A DNA stretch of 64,000 nucleotides from contig NZ_JAYFQK010000059.1 in the NCBI RefSeq assembly GCF_034927245.1, positions 151 through 64,150 of the forward strand. Direction: 5' to 3'. A program made the translations under genes and the position numbers. Below the pieces are notes generated by a model. The model did no database searches. It saw only the letters and a program-made list of their open reading frames with translations, and was not told the DNA's origin. Source of the stretch: Desulfitobacterium sp. GTDB taxonomy: Bacteria; Bacillota; Desulfitobacteriia; Desulfitobacteriales; Desulfitobacteriaceae. Below, in pieces: positions 63,981 through 64,000 of this stretch (positions within the stretch are counted from its first letter, which is position 1; each line of letters begins with the position of its first letter).

Positions 63981-64000
63981 ACTATCAACCGATAAAAACC

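Overview
This is a 64-kb chromosomal window from a low-GC, endospore-forming Firmicute. Gene content suggests class Clostridia, possibly the Peptococcaceae/Desulfitobacteriaceae type, but that is inference only. I call about 60 protein genes, roughly 85% on the minus strand, plus one tRNA-Trp. Most are core housekeeping and sporulation functions. In order they include: a split UxaA-type dehydratase, a FliK-like/FlhB-C-like pair, an M3 oligoendopeptidase, a radical SAM enzyme, a CWB2-SH3-amidase, Rrf2-cysK, a nuclease-helicase/Toprim/DEDDh-exonuclease trio, an M48 protease, ftsK, two Spo0E-like genes, and a sigma-54 activator. These are followed by an EF-G paralogue, isoaspartyl dipeptidase, spoVB, an alpha/beta SASP, surE, folE, a Fur-family regulator, an M28 peptidase, panB, lgt, a 702-aa FtsA-like protein, pfkA, and a DnaA paralogue. 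The window ends with a LysR regulator, a cyclophilin, two DedA genes, prkA-yhbH-spoVR, cobO-glnA, a pdaB-like deacetylase and a YitT-family gene. I see no transposase, integrase, CRISPR array, rRNA or recognisable defence island. The most unusual signals are non-coding. (1) A conserved hairpin-forming element of about 55-67 nt occurs at 60.9 kb and 63.9 kb, with a probable third tandem copy starting at the window edge; I cannot assign it to any RNA family. (2) A 270-nt structured leader with an intrinsic terminator lies upstream of a CobC-like phosphatase. (3) An orphan promoter-terminator pair could encode a C-rich small RNA. On the protein side, three things stand out: the FtsA-like ATPase with five C-terminal ThiS/MoaD-like repeats, a domain III-IV-only DnaA paralogue, and a 21-bp in-frame tandem repeat in the FliK-like gene. 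All family assignments come from reading the translations by eye; no database search was possible.
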